Source: Camelus ferus (Eukaryota). From it: a DNA stretch of 64,000 bases. Within the stretch, counting starts at the first letter, position 1, and each line of letters opens with the position of its first letter. Shown here piece after piece: positions 1-12,749 of this stretch. The translations under genes were made by a program, and so were the position numbers. Location of the stretch: the NCBI RefSeq assembly GCF_009834535.1, contig NC_045707.1, positions 55,616,001-55,680,000 on the forward strand. The letters are read 5' to 3'. The notes under the pieces were generated by a model. It did not search any database. It had not been told where the DNA came from and saw only the letters and a list, made by a program, of their open reading frames with translations.

Positions 1-470
1 AAATAGAATATGACAGAGATGCTGGAATGACACTTCTGTTATTAAGTTGCAAAAATCCTGTGACTTCCCTCTTGCTGTCATTCTTTATTGCCTCTTTGAC
101 TTGCAGCTTTGATCAAACAAGCTGTCATGCTGCAGAGGCCCATGTGGTGAGGAGTTGAGAGATGCCTATGGCCAAGAGCTAGTAAGGATCTGAGTCCTCC
201 AGTCTTGCGCAAGGAACTGACTTCTACCAACAACCATACAAGTGAGCTTGGAAGCAGATAGTTTCCCAGCTGAGCTTTCCCAGTTGAGTGGGGAGTGGCA
301 GAGTCCCCACTGATAACTGGATTCCAGCTTGTGAGAGGCCTTGAAACAGAGAACCCAGCTAAGACATGCCCATATTCCTGACTCACAGAGATTGTGAAAA
401 TTATAAATGTGGTTGTTTCAAGACACAAAGTTTTGGTATTTTTTTAATACAGCAATAGATCACAAATACG
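1..470 (+). mobile_element. MaLR LTR, MLT1-type, 5' end cut by window edge
   Basis: MLT1 motifs 'gagaggccttgaaacagagaacccagctaagacatgccc...cctgactcacagagattgtga...ataaatgtggttgtttcaag...cagcaatagatcacaaatac'. Confidence 0.8.
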
Positions 471-479
471 ATATAAAGT

Positions 480-890
480 AAGATTCTCAGGAAGTTGAGT
501 CTATCAACAGAACCAGGGACACAGCTCATGACCCAGGCAAACTAATCAGTGTATTTCATATCTAAATGCACAGTGATTGGCTTAGATTAGACATGTGACC
601 TAATTTGGACATTCATAGTGAATCTTAAGCCACTGCACAGAATGCTGATAGACACGCTCAAGGAATCATGTAGCCCCAGGAGCAGCTGATAGCTGTCTTG
701 GAACCACAAAAGGAGACATCTTACAATGAATTTGAATCCAAGAAAGACAGTAACAGAAAGAAATTTGGTCCTCGATGACATTACTAGACCCTAGATCAAG
801 TCTTACTTGAAGTAACCATGGCTCTGGGTTTTTCAGTTAAGTGAAATATTATTTAACCTAGGATGAAATGAGTTGTCTGATAATTCACAG
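480..890 (+). mobile_element. old MaLR LTR fragment (MLT1J/K-like)
   Basis: 'cacagtgattggcttagattagacatgtgacctaatt...ggtcctcgatgacattactagaccctagatcaagtcttacttgaag...ttttcagttaagtga'. Confidence 0.55.
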
Positions 891-2204
891 CATTAAAATT
901 ACCCTAAATGTCATAACTCCCATATTCCTCATGTATTTGAATAATTAAAACTAAGAATTTTAAAAGGCATTAAAAAGCACCCAAAACCTTTTCCAATTAA
1001 GTGATAAAATATATCTCCCATAACAGTAACAGTCACAAAAAGCATATATTATAACTAAATATTAATATAGAATTGAACTAAAATGAAGTGCAATGAAAGT
1101 AGCAGATAAGCAATTCAAGAAAACATCAACACAATTTAATTGTATTTGTTCTGTAATAATTAAACATCAAAGTCAACACATATAAAAGGGTACTTCTGAG
1201 GCAGCAGCAGAAGTGTCTCAGAGCCAACTTTCTTTGAAGATAAGCTATGAATTCTATTAAATAGAAAAATAAAATTGCCCCCTGTGTTGAAGATTTGGAA
1301 ACTGAAGAGAAGCTTAAATAGCTTTTGAACTATATCAACTGTGTGGGGGATTTTCTAGAAACTTCAGAGAGTTTTCAAACAATTCAATATTATACTTTCT
1401 CCCACCTAATTCCTCACTTTATTAATAAAAACTTCTATTAGACTTTATTATTTCAAAGAATGAAAAGAAAATTAAATCCTGAAAGTTACAAGAACCAAGA
1501 AAGGATATCCAGGCCCTTATTAGTGAGAAAATGGATCAGTTTCCCTTCTGTGGTGGGAAAAGATGTCCATGCAGCCACCAACCCAAGTAGCAGGGCCGTT
1601 TCCACAGGTCTGTCTTTTCGAATGGCCAGCTAAATAGATCATAAATAATCTGATCCAAAGTTTCCGCCCTGATTGCACAAACCAGCGAATTTTTGAAAGT
1701 TCTAGAAAACCCTCATATTTCCCCTGTGAACTGGCAAATGTCAAGTATTTTTATAGCAATGTAAAGGGTTCTATTGAGACAAATACCAGGCAAATTTGTT
1801 TCTTCCTAAAATCTGTTCAGCAAACTCCACTGCCAGGAGGTAAAGGAATGAAAATTTAATGAAAACCTAATATGTTCTAAGTACCATTTTAATATTAGTT
1901 ATTTGAAAATAATGCCTGCGGCGTTGTACTTCTGTTATTACCTTTACACATTTTTCTACAACTAATGACATAAATGCACTCCCTCTCCCCTCAGCTATTC
2001 CCAAAGAAAACAAGGTTTCCTTCTCAGGACAAGTCTATAAATCAACTCATAATAAATCAGGACAGATGTATACCAAGTCGCCTTAAGAATTCTGAATGAC
2101 TTCCAAGTCAGGAAGGCTATTAACGTATGTAACGCGGTCTGCCTGAATCAGAAGCAGAGTTGGTCAGCTATGGAATCACAGATCAACTAAGAAGCCAAGC
2201 GGCA

Positions 2205-2365
2205 CTTCCAAGGACTACTCAGATCAGCATGTTCCCCTACTGGAGCAGGACTCTAACTTGCTGCTAATGGATCCCCAAGTAACTTTAGATTATCTAACTT
2301 GCTGATTTTAATTGATCTGGGTTGTGCCTAGGACATTGTAATGTTTTTTAAAGCTCCCCAGAGCT
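2205..2365. mobile_element. MER5-like hAT-Charlie MITE
   Basis: 'tgattttaattgatctgggttgtgcctaggacattgtaatgttttttaaagctccccag'. Confidence 0.55.
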
Positions 2366-3594
2366 GCAACCTTATCTCCAAAACTATGATCTGACTTGCC
2401 CACGTATTGTAAGGATAAACCCATAGGTTATTGGGAGAGGTGAAGAATGCTTTTCCCTCTGTGTTTCATACTATAGAGGTATAGCATAGGATACCAAGTC
2501 ATGCTGTGTTTCGAAAATGAAAAAATGAACAAGGTCACTGGAAAAGAAATGCTCTGAATCCTCTTAAGATACAAGGTGAAATTCGAAACAACAAATGCCT
2601 AAGGCATTTCCTCTACCCTCACCCTTTCTTGTGAATCTAATGGCTACTATGGAAGGAGGAAGAATAGAGAGGAGACTGAAAAAAAATCATGGTAATTTAT
2701 TAAATGAAACTCTGCTTAAATTCTATATGGTGCCATACAAAACATGGCTATCATCGTCGTCATCATCCAACTTTCTTCCACCCAACTGGTCTTGCTTTCA
2801 TTTACATTAACTTAAAACTCTAGGAGTCATAGCTACAGGGAGAATAAGTAATAAGACTGATGCATAAAATGGTAAATCATATTTGACAGTATATAAAAAG
2901 TTACTTTCTACATACCTAATACAAATAATAAATAAAATTATTCAATTAAAAAAATAAGAATCTAATCTAAAATAGTATCGGACTTGCTTCTTTGCAAATA
3001 GGCCAAAGCAATCTGAGCAATGAGGAAATTACATGGTGAGGTATATCAGAGTGTTACTGTCTGAGCATGCTTTGGACAGATCTCAGGCAAGCTACACAGT
3101 AAGTTAAATTAATAAGTGAAGCATATTTGTAATGAAAGAAGTCTAAGTCTGGCATAGTTATAAATGTAGTGTGCAACAGGTCTTCATAGAGGAACAGCAG
3201 AATATAGTATGCATTTGTTCTTATTTTAAGAAAGGCTGTTTCATGACTCTGCCATCCTCACCACAGATCACAGGCCCAGGGCTGGGGGTCAGACTACAAA
3301 GCTAGCAATCTATATAGATTACTCAAAAGCTGACTCAGAAGCTAGCAATTTTATATAGATTGATGTTGGTCAATGAGATCAATGAAATTCTCTTTCTCAG
3401 GGAGTTTGAATGTATGACTTAGAGAGAGAGAGCGCACTGGTTTTAGAAAAGACAGAAAGGCAAAAACAAAAATCATATAAAGAAAAAAGGAATAGAATTG
3501 TGGATCATGGCCAGCGAGCAATCAATTCACCATTCTGATGCAGGACTGGAGGGAGGGTGGAAGAGCGGAGGTGGTGGGGACAGGAACGCCGACA

Positions 3595-3815
3595 CTTATT
3601 ACTGAGTGCCAGCCACTGCTCTATGTGCTTAACATGTAGGAACTCATTTGACTAACACAACACTGTGAATCAACTATACTTCAATCAAAAAAAAAAAAAA
3701 AAAAAAAGCCTGAAAAAAATGTTAGCAAGATACCATTTTTATCTGCATTTTATAGAAACTGCAGCACCTGCCCAGCATCTTGGAGCTGAGGATGAGTTGA
3801 AGACACAAGCTCCGA
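3595..3815 (-). mobile_element. MIR SINE interrupted by a short L1 3' end
   Basis: Reverse complement of the MIR core, 'gtgccagccactgctctatgtgcttaacatg...ctcattt' and 'cattttatagaaactg'. Confidence 0.55.
3652..3707 (+). mobile_element. extreme 3' fragment of L1 with poly(A) tail
   Basis: 'taacacaacactgtgaatcaactatacttcaatc' plus an A run matches the L1 terminus at 5373-5413 ('taacacaacactgtaaattgactatacatcaataaaaaa'). Confidence 0.75.
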
Positions 3816-3834
3816 GATTAACTGCTTAGGTTTG

Positions 3835-3935
3835 AATAGTGGCTATGTTGTTATGAGGACCAAATGAGTTAATATTTGTAAATGTGCTTAATATATTGCG
3901 TGGCACACAGTGATCAGTAAATAAATGTACAGCGA
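3835..3935 (+). mobile_element. MIR SINE 3' part
   Basis: 'gttgttatgaggaccaaatgagttaatatttgtaaatgtgctta...tggcacacagtgatcagtaaataaatg'. Confidence 0.75.
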
Positions 3936-3987
3936 TTACAAATATATGAACAAACATGTAAAAATGTGAAGCCAGGCAGTCCAAATC

Positions 3988-4553
3988 TATATTAGTCAGG
4001 GATCTCCAGAGAAACACAACCTATAGGATATACATAGATCTCTATAAGGGGAGATGTATTATAGGAACTGGTTTACATGCTTATGGAGGCTGGGAGGTTC
4101 CACAGTCTGTCTGCAAGACGAAGAAACAGGAGAGCTGGTGGTATAATTTAGTTTGAGTCCAAAGCCAGAGAACTAGAGGAGCAGATGGTGTAAATCCCAG
4201 AACAAGACTGAAAGCATGAGAACCAGAAAGGCTGCTGGTGCAAGTATCAGAGTCTGACGGCCCAAGAACCAAGAGCTCCGATGTCCAAGGGCTGGAGAAG
4301 ATGGACACCCCAGCTCAAGAAGAGAGGAAGAGAAGTAACCCTTTCTCCACTTTTTTTGTCCTATTCGGGCCCTCAACAAATTGAATAATGCCCACTCACA
4401 CTGGTGAGAGCAGATCTGCTTTACTCAGTCTGCTGATTCAAATGTTAATCTCTTTCAGAAACACCCATACGGACACATCCTGAAATAATGTTTTACGAGC
4501 AACCTGGGCATCCCTTAGCCCAGTCAAGTTGACACAAAAAATTAATCATCACG
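3988..4553 (-). mobile_element. ERVL LTR, MLT2 family (solo)
   Basis: Ends with the reverse complement of the MLT2 5' terminus, 'ctgggcatcccttagcccagtcaagttgacacaaaaaattaatcatcac'; starts 'tattagtcagggatctccagagaaacaca'. Confidence 0.9.
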
Positions 4554-5087
4554 GATTCCATATCTATGCTCTCAGTCACAATGGCTACATTGTAGAGTGA
4601 GAGGAGAAACTGACAGCTGCAATTTTGACAAGAGACAACCAAGGTGTTAAATAAAATCCAGCCATTTTTATAGTCTTCTGGCTTTTTTAATGAGAGGAAA
4701 GGAGAAAGGCAGTTTGGCAATTTCTGTAACCTAATATCTTGGAGTGTTTCCCTAAGCCATCAAATCTGCTTTTGGCTTATTTTGCATCAATCTAATAGGA
4801 AGAAAAAAAAACTTCCCAGAATTTATTCCTACAAATGTATTTCTCCTTTACACTGGGTGTGTGGAGGATTCTCCAGGGTACCAGATTCCACTGTTTCATT
4901 ATGTGGCAAATAATCAGTATTGGTAAATAAAATTTTCTTTTTAAATGCCTTGAAAATTATCAAAAAATTTACGCACATCATATAGGTTTGACAAGTGAAA
5001 AACAGAACCAGGATGTATATTACTTAATCAAGAACTATTCTAGAGGAATCATTTTAAGGAAAAAAGGTTTTAAATTAATTTGGGGGC

Positions 5088-5413
5088 AGGGACACAAATG
5101 AACTTATTTACAAAACAGAGACAGACTCACAGACATAGAGAACAAGTTTATGGTTACTTGGGGGAAAGGTGGTAGGGAGGGATAAATTGGGAGTTCAGGA
5201 TCTGTAGATATTAACTACTATATATGAAAGAGATAAACAAGGTCCTACTGAATGAATAGCACAAGGAACTCAATATTCCAAACATTGTAATGGCCTATAA
5301 TGAAAAAGACTATGAAAAGAAATATATGTATATATGTATGTATAAGTTAATCACTATCCTGTACACCAGAAATTAACACAACACTGTAAATTGACTATAC
5401 ATCAATAAAAAAA
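5088..5413 (+). mobile_element. L1 3' UTR fragment (cetartiodactyl/camelid lineage)
   Basis: 'gacacaaatgaacttatttacaaaacagagacagactcacagacatagagaacaagtttatggttac...gggataaattgggagtt...ctatacatcaataaaaaa'. Confidence 0.9.
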
Positions 5414-7076
5414 TCAGTATATTCATTAAGCATTAATAATCAATAGAAGTACTTAAAAACAGAACTCAATCTTACAGTTTGTATTTAAAATTTTCTCAAG
5501 TTGAAATATTTATAAATTACTGAGGAAATATCTAACCATTTCATAATTTTAGTACAGAGATACTGGAAGCAGAAAAATTCTTAGGAACAAAAAGACCTGT
5601 TTTGTATATTTCTAAAGACAGTAAGTAGAGAAAACATGCTTAAAATTAATATTTAAAATAATTTCTTAAGTCTTTGTGAATACCAAAAAAAAAAAACCCC
5701 AAAAACTACAGGTTGGGTTTAAATACAGAGGTCAGCGTAATAGCCTCATTTTTCTCAATTATGTGAGTAATTAGGTAACAGAAAAGATTGTTATTGAATT
5801 GCCCAGACACTTGTGTCAAATTGGCCAAGATTAACAGTATTATGTTCATAGCAATTGGAAGACTTTCGTGACAGTACAGCCAAACTATTTTTCCTTCTAT
5901 TTAAAAATCCATGTAGGTAGCTATTCATGCGTTCAACTGTAACAGATCTATAAACACAAGTCAGTAAGCCAGTGTGGGCAAAATTCAGCTAGACCCCAGT
6001 CTGGAGCTATGGAAAAAAGGAATTATTTCTCTGTTTCCTGACCCTACTAAGATAAGAGAGGGCTCAATTTCAATGACACTTAATTCCCATGTGTTTCTCA
6101 AAAGCTTAGAGCAGAATTAGATATTGTTTTATCTAATGCCAAATTTATGTATCCTTTCTTCTATACCAGCTGGTTGCTCAGGTTCAAAAATAAATCATCT
6201 TTTATATAATATGAAATTTAAAGAAAGATTATTTCTGTAGTTTCTTTTCTTTCCAATGATTTATTTTAAAACAAAACAAATGAAACGGTGCATACAATCA
6301 AGTCTTTGAGAAAACATCTTCAATAAGGAATGTTTTATAAACATCAGGAATTCTCTACAGGAATAGGAACATAATGAGATGTTATTTCTGAACTTAAATT
6401 GGAAGAGGACAAATTATAGGACAGTATTGTAAAGCTGCTGCTATCACTTTGCAAACCCTTAATTTTGCTCCCTGCGTGATTTAAATAAACCTGAAAAGTC
6501 AAGGCTATATTCGTCTCAAATCACTAAATTTATCTGGACTGAATAAAAATATAATCACCCTCACACAGTCCCATCAGATTTCACAAAAAAGTCCTGAATT
6601 AATCTGTAAACAAAAATTGTAAAATTATATGAAGTTTCAGGCTTACAATAATATAATTTAAGACACACTTATGTTTATTCCACCATCACAACAAAAACAA
6701 GTTGCCAAATTTTAACCTTCAAAATAACAAAGTCACAATTCCCAGATTTTGTTTGACATGTATTCCTTGAAGGGGCCTTCAGTTGTTATTTATAATCGAC
6801 GTCAAAATCATTAAATTTTGTGGTAAATTTGGGGGTATGGTATTTATGAGCTGCTTAAAATAATCAGATTTTGGTCCTCAACCATTTTATCAGGTCTATA
6901 CTGGCATTAACTCTCAAAAGTGAAAAAACAGTCTGCCAGTAGAATTGTTTGCCTAAAAACAAATACAATTGATAGCAACAGGAGGTTCTAAATAATTTGT
7001 TACTCAAATCTAGCTAAACTGAACCAGGAAGATAAGTCATTCATTATCATGTATTTCTGTGATGAAACATACGGCG

Positions 7077-7958
7077 CAGCAGTGTGTTTGGGCTGGCCCA
7101 CACCAGATCACAATAACTCATAAATTATTTGATTTTCAGGAATTTTGCAAGCTGGTTGTTAAACACAACTATTATTAAAAATTAAATCATATGAATTTAC
7201 AAGTCAGTAAATTTTATATGCATTAAATGCTCAAACCTCATCACTTCCTTATTGTTTTAGTATAGCTTACTTTTGGTATTATTTACCTTTCTTATTTCTC
7301 TACAGCAGAAAAATAAAGTGTGCCACTGCACACCGCTTCCTGATATCATGATCTTTGGTATCATGTCAGGAGCTTGAAGTCAGCTGTCGCAAGAATATTT
7401 ACACCAGAGTAACTGGCAAACCAAGGCTTGATTGATTGCTTTACTAATTGTCCAGATTTGGGGGATGCAGAAAATGTTACTCTTGCAGAGTAAACTTAAA
7501 GTATATCATGGCTGTATCTGTTCTACTGCAAATAGCACACAATATTGAGGAAATAGCCTTCCAGTATTAGAAAACCATTATCCAATTCAGCAAAGAAGTT
7601 GGTCATGTTATTGGCAACTGAGTGACGTACCAATGTATATCTTTGTGGTTTCACTTTGTCTTATTCTTAATGCAAATGAAAATATCAACCAACTGTCATC
7701 TTGGAGATACAATCTCTACTTGTTGCAACTATAGCTTGTCTGTGGACACAACATATTTGGCAAAAACCAAAAAGAGCATTATGTAAGAATCAATCAAGTT
7801 ACACGGAACTTACAATAAAGAGTATTATATACTTCACTATTTTTTGTAAACTGTCTGCCACACATCCTTTATATCTATACAATTTATAATAAACTTATAC
7901 ATATGCACTGTTTTGTTTTAGGAAAACCAGTTGTTGATTTTTTACCAGGACACCAGAG
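7077..7958 (+). mobile_element. MER63C-like hAT-Blackjack DNA transposon
   Basis: 'ttttcaggaattttgcaagctggttgttaaacacaactattattaaaaattaaat' near the left end; ends 'tttaccaggacaccag'. Confidence 0.8.
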
Positions 7959-8968
7959 ATTCTGTGCCACTATCTTGTCCTAACATAGGTGGTGAGTAGT
8001 GTTTTAAAGTATGTTCTGGACCTGCGTGGAGAAGCTGAATCTGTTCCAAGTGAGTGGCATCTGGCTTTTCTGTAACTGCCACCAGAAGTCCCTGTTTGCC
8101 TGCTAAGGGGAGGAGTCATCTGCTCTGTCATAGCTGTGCCCATGGCTGATTGCACAGGAAAATTTAAAATAAACTGAGGTAAACAAATGGTAGATAAGGC
8201 AATCATTCTGGTTGAATCATCTATCTCAATAGAAAGGGTTAAAATTTCAAAGGCTATTAACTGAAAATTGCAATTCACTCAAGTTCTTCCGTCTTTCTCT
8301 CCTGCCATTCTCATTATTTTGTTTTTTGTCTTTAAAATGGTTGATGCACCTCCCAGTCATCATCTCCTCACACTGAAATGTGCAACAGAGGAATAACACA
8401 CACCTTTTCCCTACTTTGCTTTTCAAAGGCAAGAAAAACTCTCACAGCAAACTCCCGACAGACCTTCCCTCACTTGGCGCTGTATCGCTTACACGCTTCT
8501 AATTCAACCGCTGACGAGGGGACTGAATGGCCTCAAATGGTTCCCTTTCCGGGTCACACTCCCCTGAAACGCAAAGCATCCCAACACCTAGGCAAAACTG
8601 AAGTTAACAGGAGAAAGGGGGGTTTGTCACCAACAGTATCTACTTCAAGAACAGTCAAACTTCAAGAACACTGTTTCTGAGACTTTGCGTGGACGGTAGG
8701 GAGGGTTAAGGGGAAAAGAAACTTGAGCTTTGGTAAAAAGAACTCATTTAATAAATTATTTAACATCTGTATCAAATATTTTCTACCTATCATGCTCTTT
8801 ACCAGATGCTGGGACTGCAAAGATAGAATTCCCTCTGAGAATTCAATCTTTTTTTTATTTAATGGACAAGTAAATTAAAAATTACGATGCATTGTGAGAA
8901 GAATTCTAATAGGTCCATCCTCAGCTGGGTCATCCCAACACTGTGAATTGAAACAAAAACAAAACCTG

Positions 8969-8979
8969 TGACGTCAGCA
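8969..8979. promoter_or_regulatory. perfect CRE (TGACGTCA) extended by GCA, a half C-MARE-like site
   Basis: TGACGTCAGCA read directly; function not shown. Confidence 0.3.
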
Positions 8980-9049
8980 ACCATAGATTTTAAAAATATC
9001 TTATGTGAGTACGGGCTTTCTGATGGGTGGGTCCGAAGATGTGAGAACT

Positions 9050-9250
9050 TCAAACTAGGTTGAGATTCCCAGTTCTTTCCATAACTTCACGTGTAACATT
9101 AAGCAAATTCTTCAACCGTTTGATTACTTAGTATCTTCATCTTTAAAAAGTGAATGTGTATTAAATCAAATTTAGAAGCAAGAGGAAAAACATAAATAAT
9201 ATACATGAAGTGATATCTTGTGGGACCACAATAAATGATAGCTATTTTTA
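9050..9250 (+). mobile_element. diverged MIR
   Basis: 'ttcccagttctttcca...tgtaacattaagcaaattcttcaacc...tagtatcttcatctttaaaaagtg'. Confidence 0.5.
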
Positions 9251-9388
9251 CAATAATGCAAGGGGTTTTAGCCTCCCCACCAAGAGAAAACATGCATAAA
9301 TTTTAAAGTACAGGAATACGAAAAGTGTAGAAATATTTTCAGCTAAATTGGAATAGTTGTACTATATTAACTTAAAATTAGGGCTTTT

Positions 9389-9495
9389 GGTGGGGGTAGG
9401 TAGAGCACATGCTTAGCATGCACAAGGTTCTGGGTTCAATCCGTAGTACCTCCATAAATAAACAAATACATAAATAAATAAATTCATTTTTAAAA
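9389..9495 (+). mobile_element. camelid vic-1-like tRNA-derived SINE
   Basis: 'ggtagagcacatgcttagcatgcacaaggttctgggttcaatccgtagtacctcca' with B box GTTCAATCC, followed by a (TAAA)n tail. Confidence 0.8.
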
Positions 9496-9894
9496 ATAAG
9501 TACGTTATTAAAATGCTAATTTAAAAAAAACAGGACTCTTGGAGTAAGAAAAGTGTATATGGAAACTAAAAAGCAAGAATATGAGAGAAAATTTGTCAGG
9601 GAATGCTCCATGTTAGCATTAATATACTTTCAGTTTGCTAAGATTTCACTCGTTCAATTGAGAAGTATGTATTGTGTGAGATGCTTTTCAGATTATCTGC
9701 TGTCTTCTCTAGTCAAAGATCATGGCCCTGGAGAAAAAGAAAAGGAAATCTCCTAATAGTGTGTAACATGACTGAATGAGTTTAAGAGTGAATGAATGCA
9801 CTCCTGCCACCTTATGGCTACAAGTCTAAATTACAGGATCAGCTTTTTAACATGAGCCAGACATTTCTTCTTTCTTGTTTGCTTTCTTCCTTTT

Positions 9895-10100
9895 TCCTTT
9901 TATCTACCACGTCTTAATTGCAGGCATCATGTGCAACACTGTGCTAGGTTCTAGGAATGGAAATAATTTTCACCATGTTCCTGTCAAAGAATTACTATCT
10001 AGTGAAAGAAAGAAATATACAACCCAATGCAACATACTAAATACTTCAATGGAGGCATGTGCATGATATAGGAGCCCACTGGAAGGCATATATAGTTTTT
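9895..10100 (-). mobile_element. L2 3' fragment
   Basis: 'catgtgcaacactgtgctaggttctaggaat...ttcctgtcaaagaattactatctagtg'. Confidence 0.55.
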
Positions 10101-10369
10101 TAAAAGATATAAGATGACTGTTTGCAATAAATAAAATATTTATAAACTGATTATTTGCCTCTCTTAATTTAGAGAGAAGTAACTGTACTTATTTGAGTAT
10201 ACTATATCTGCTTCAATAAAATCGCTGAAACATAAATTAGAAAAACACCACACTTTCATCTCTTCAAAGGATTCATTATCAAGCATCACTTTCTAAATCA
10301 TTCAAATCACAACTGTCTATTAAAATTTAGTGATTCCCTAGGGATTAAGAATTCACAACAACTTAACAA

Positions 10370-10735
10370 CCCTCGGAAACCTATGTCAGTGTTTGACCTA
10401 TCGTACTGGAAAAGACATCTTCTCTATGTGTGAATTCTTCTTTAATAACAAATAAAGTCCATTTTTTTCCTTCAGTCCACACCTGGGAAGATAAAGAACA
10501 GGTGAGCAAAAGAATGTCACCTTAAAATTTTTTTTGTATCCAAAGAGTGTTATTCATTCCCTTTTTAAAAATCTTTCTTATTTATCTTTCCAGAAGAAAT
10601 AATGCCACCTCTTTAGATTATTAGCCTACAGTTTTCCCACCCCTCCAGTGATGTTAAATGCTCTGTAGCTTCTTTTCCCATTTCCTGAAATGAATGATTT
10701 TAAGTTGGACACAATATTCAAGTAAAGTTCTCTTT
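10370..10735 (-). mobile_element. L3/CR1 LINE fragment
   Basis: Resembles reverse-complement CR1 RT 3' region: 'tatctttccagaagaaataatgccacctcttta...ttttcccacccctccagtgatg...tgctctg...gttggacacaatattcaag'. Confidence 0.5.
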
Positions 10736-12749
10736 TGAAGATTTTGTTTTAAAAAATGTTGTTTTAGAAGGGAAAGCAGAATTACTATTTTTTGGAAATT
10801 AATAAAATAGATATAAATTTGGGGTGTTAAAATAACATTAATTATTTAAAAATCTAAGATGGAAAATCATTTTTTAAAGTATTCCTTTATTGTAAAAAAC
10901 AAAAACAAAACATCCTAAAATCTCGAAGGCTATATGAGAGGTTATTTTACATTTCCAAGTGTTAATGTGTGGAAAATCACTATCACATACTAGCTTACTG
11001 AAAAATATAATTCTAAAAAAAAACCTTCTGTATGATTGGTTATATCAAGTTATAACTCCTTTGTGAGCGAATTTTGAAGTGTTGTACACTTCAGCTTTGA
11101 TTCGGCAGACAAACTATCCTATCTTACTTTTTTGTTCAGAATTCTAATTGTTGGTCTGTCTCCAGCGAGTTTAATTTTCTGTGATAGACTTACTGGCTAA
11201 GAGCACCAAACCTCTGAAAAGTTTATAAAGAAGTTAGAAAGTTTTGACACACAACCTTTATTCATACATTCACTTATGCACAACTTCTACTCACACACAT
11301 AAATTTGGGACACCTAACACAAGAAAATAAAAATAAAATTAAAGAATCAAAACCAAAGCACTATTAGAAGAGAAAGTCAACACGTAAAAAGAATTGCAGT
11401 AAACAAGCCATAGCAAAGTATATAAAATTGAGCTTCATTTTTGGATTTAAGCAACTTGATAATTAAAGTAGAAGGAGAAAAATGCGGTCACTTATGTAAC
11501 TGTATATTTCAGAAAGGGTTTTTTTGTTGATAGGATAGAATTGTACAGAAGACGCTTTACGTACTGCTTTAAAGCCCACAACTTTTACAAACTGCTTATA
11601 TGGCAACAACCTCAAACTATTCAAAAAGCAAAGACAGCAACAGAATTTCTTAAGACACCAGCTCTCATTAACACTAGAGCACAGCTCAGTGAATGTGCCC
11701 TGTGAATACAAGAGCCTGGCTTTCATACATGGGGCTGGTCACCTTGCATGAACAAGCACACACACAATTAATATTTGAAATGCTTAAATTTCTTAATAAA
11801 TATAATTTTACTGAATGTCCTCTCACTTCTGACAATCTCTCATTTTTTCCTTAGTATTTTTGCAACTGGAAAAATAGGGATTTCTTTATCCTTTTAGGCT
11901 TATAGCAAGAGACCACAGTTTACCTTCGATCTTTTTCTTTATAGGAACACTGAGAAAAACTGCTGGATACCCGCATAACTAAAGATATTTCTTATCTGGG
12001 ATAAGGTAAGAGACCAAGAGATAAAGCCCTCTGTCACTTTCAGCTTAAACGAGCTTTAAGCAAAAGCCCAGCCACATTAGAGAGCAGATAATACAGGTAG
12101 CCCTTATCATATTTTATGTTGCATAAATGCTAATAAAAACTAACACCTCTTACTTTTTGTTTGTTTGTTTGTTTCTAGAAAGTAAGTAATTCAATCAGAA
12201 TGCTTGAAAGGTAATACACTTCAAAATAAATTAGGCAAGCAAAGAACCTCAGAACCTTTTCAAACCATCAATCCAGGATGACTTTGGTACCACTAGTTAC
12301 AATGTTATCCAAGAAAATTGCTAATGTGATATCCTAGAAGTGAGTCTACTGATTTTCATTTATTCCAACTAAACTTGAAATATTTCTTTGTGAAGTTCGT
12401 TGCAGTGTAGCCTATGCCTTGTATGGACATACAATAAAGGCAGGGATTGTTTAATGCCCAAATGACTTTGCACCTTCATACACCTATATACATACTTTCA
12501 TTATTGTTATCACTTCTGTCTTCCCATCTCCAAGAGACCCAAAAAATTTGGCATAATTCTACATATTCAGAACCAAAAAGCTTGCTATATTCTGTCTCTT
12601 GAATTTATATTCAATGTAATCTTGAATCTATATTCATTGTAAGGACAGATTTCAAAAACAATGAGGTAGGAGAGCTCTGATTTATTATGCACATTTTTTA
12701 GTGCTAAGGACTAGATTCCCTGCCCACATTTTAATAATTAAAAGTACCT

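Noticed and set aside
9389..9455. tRNA-Ala gene
   Set aside because: The D-arm/A box is incomplete and an A-rich tail follows, so it is a tRNA-derived SINE.
10476..10501. 26-nt + strand exon with good splice sites
   Set aside because: It lies inside the antisense L3/CR1 fragment and is most likely a chance cryptic pair.
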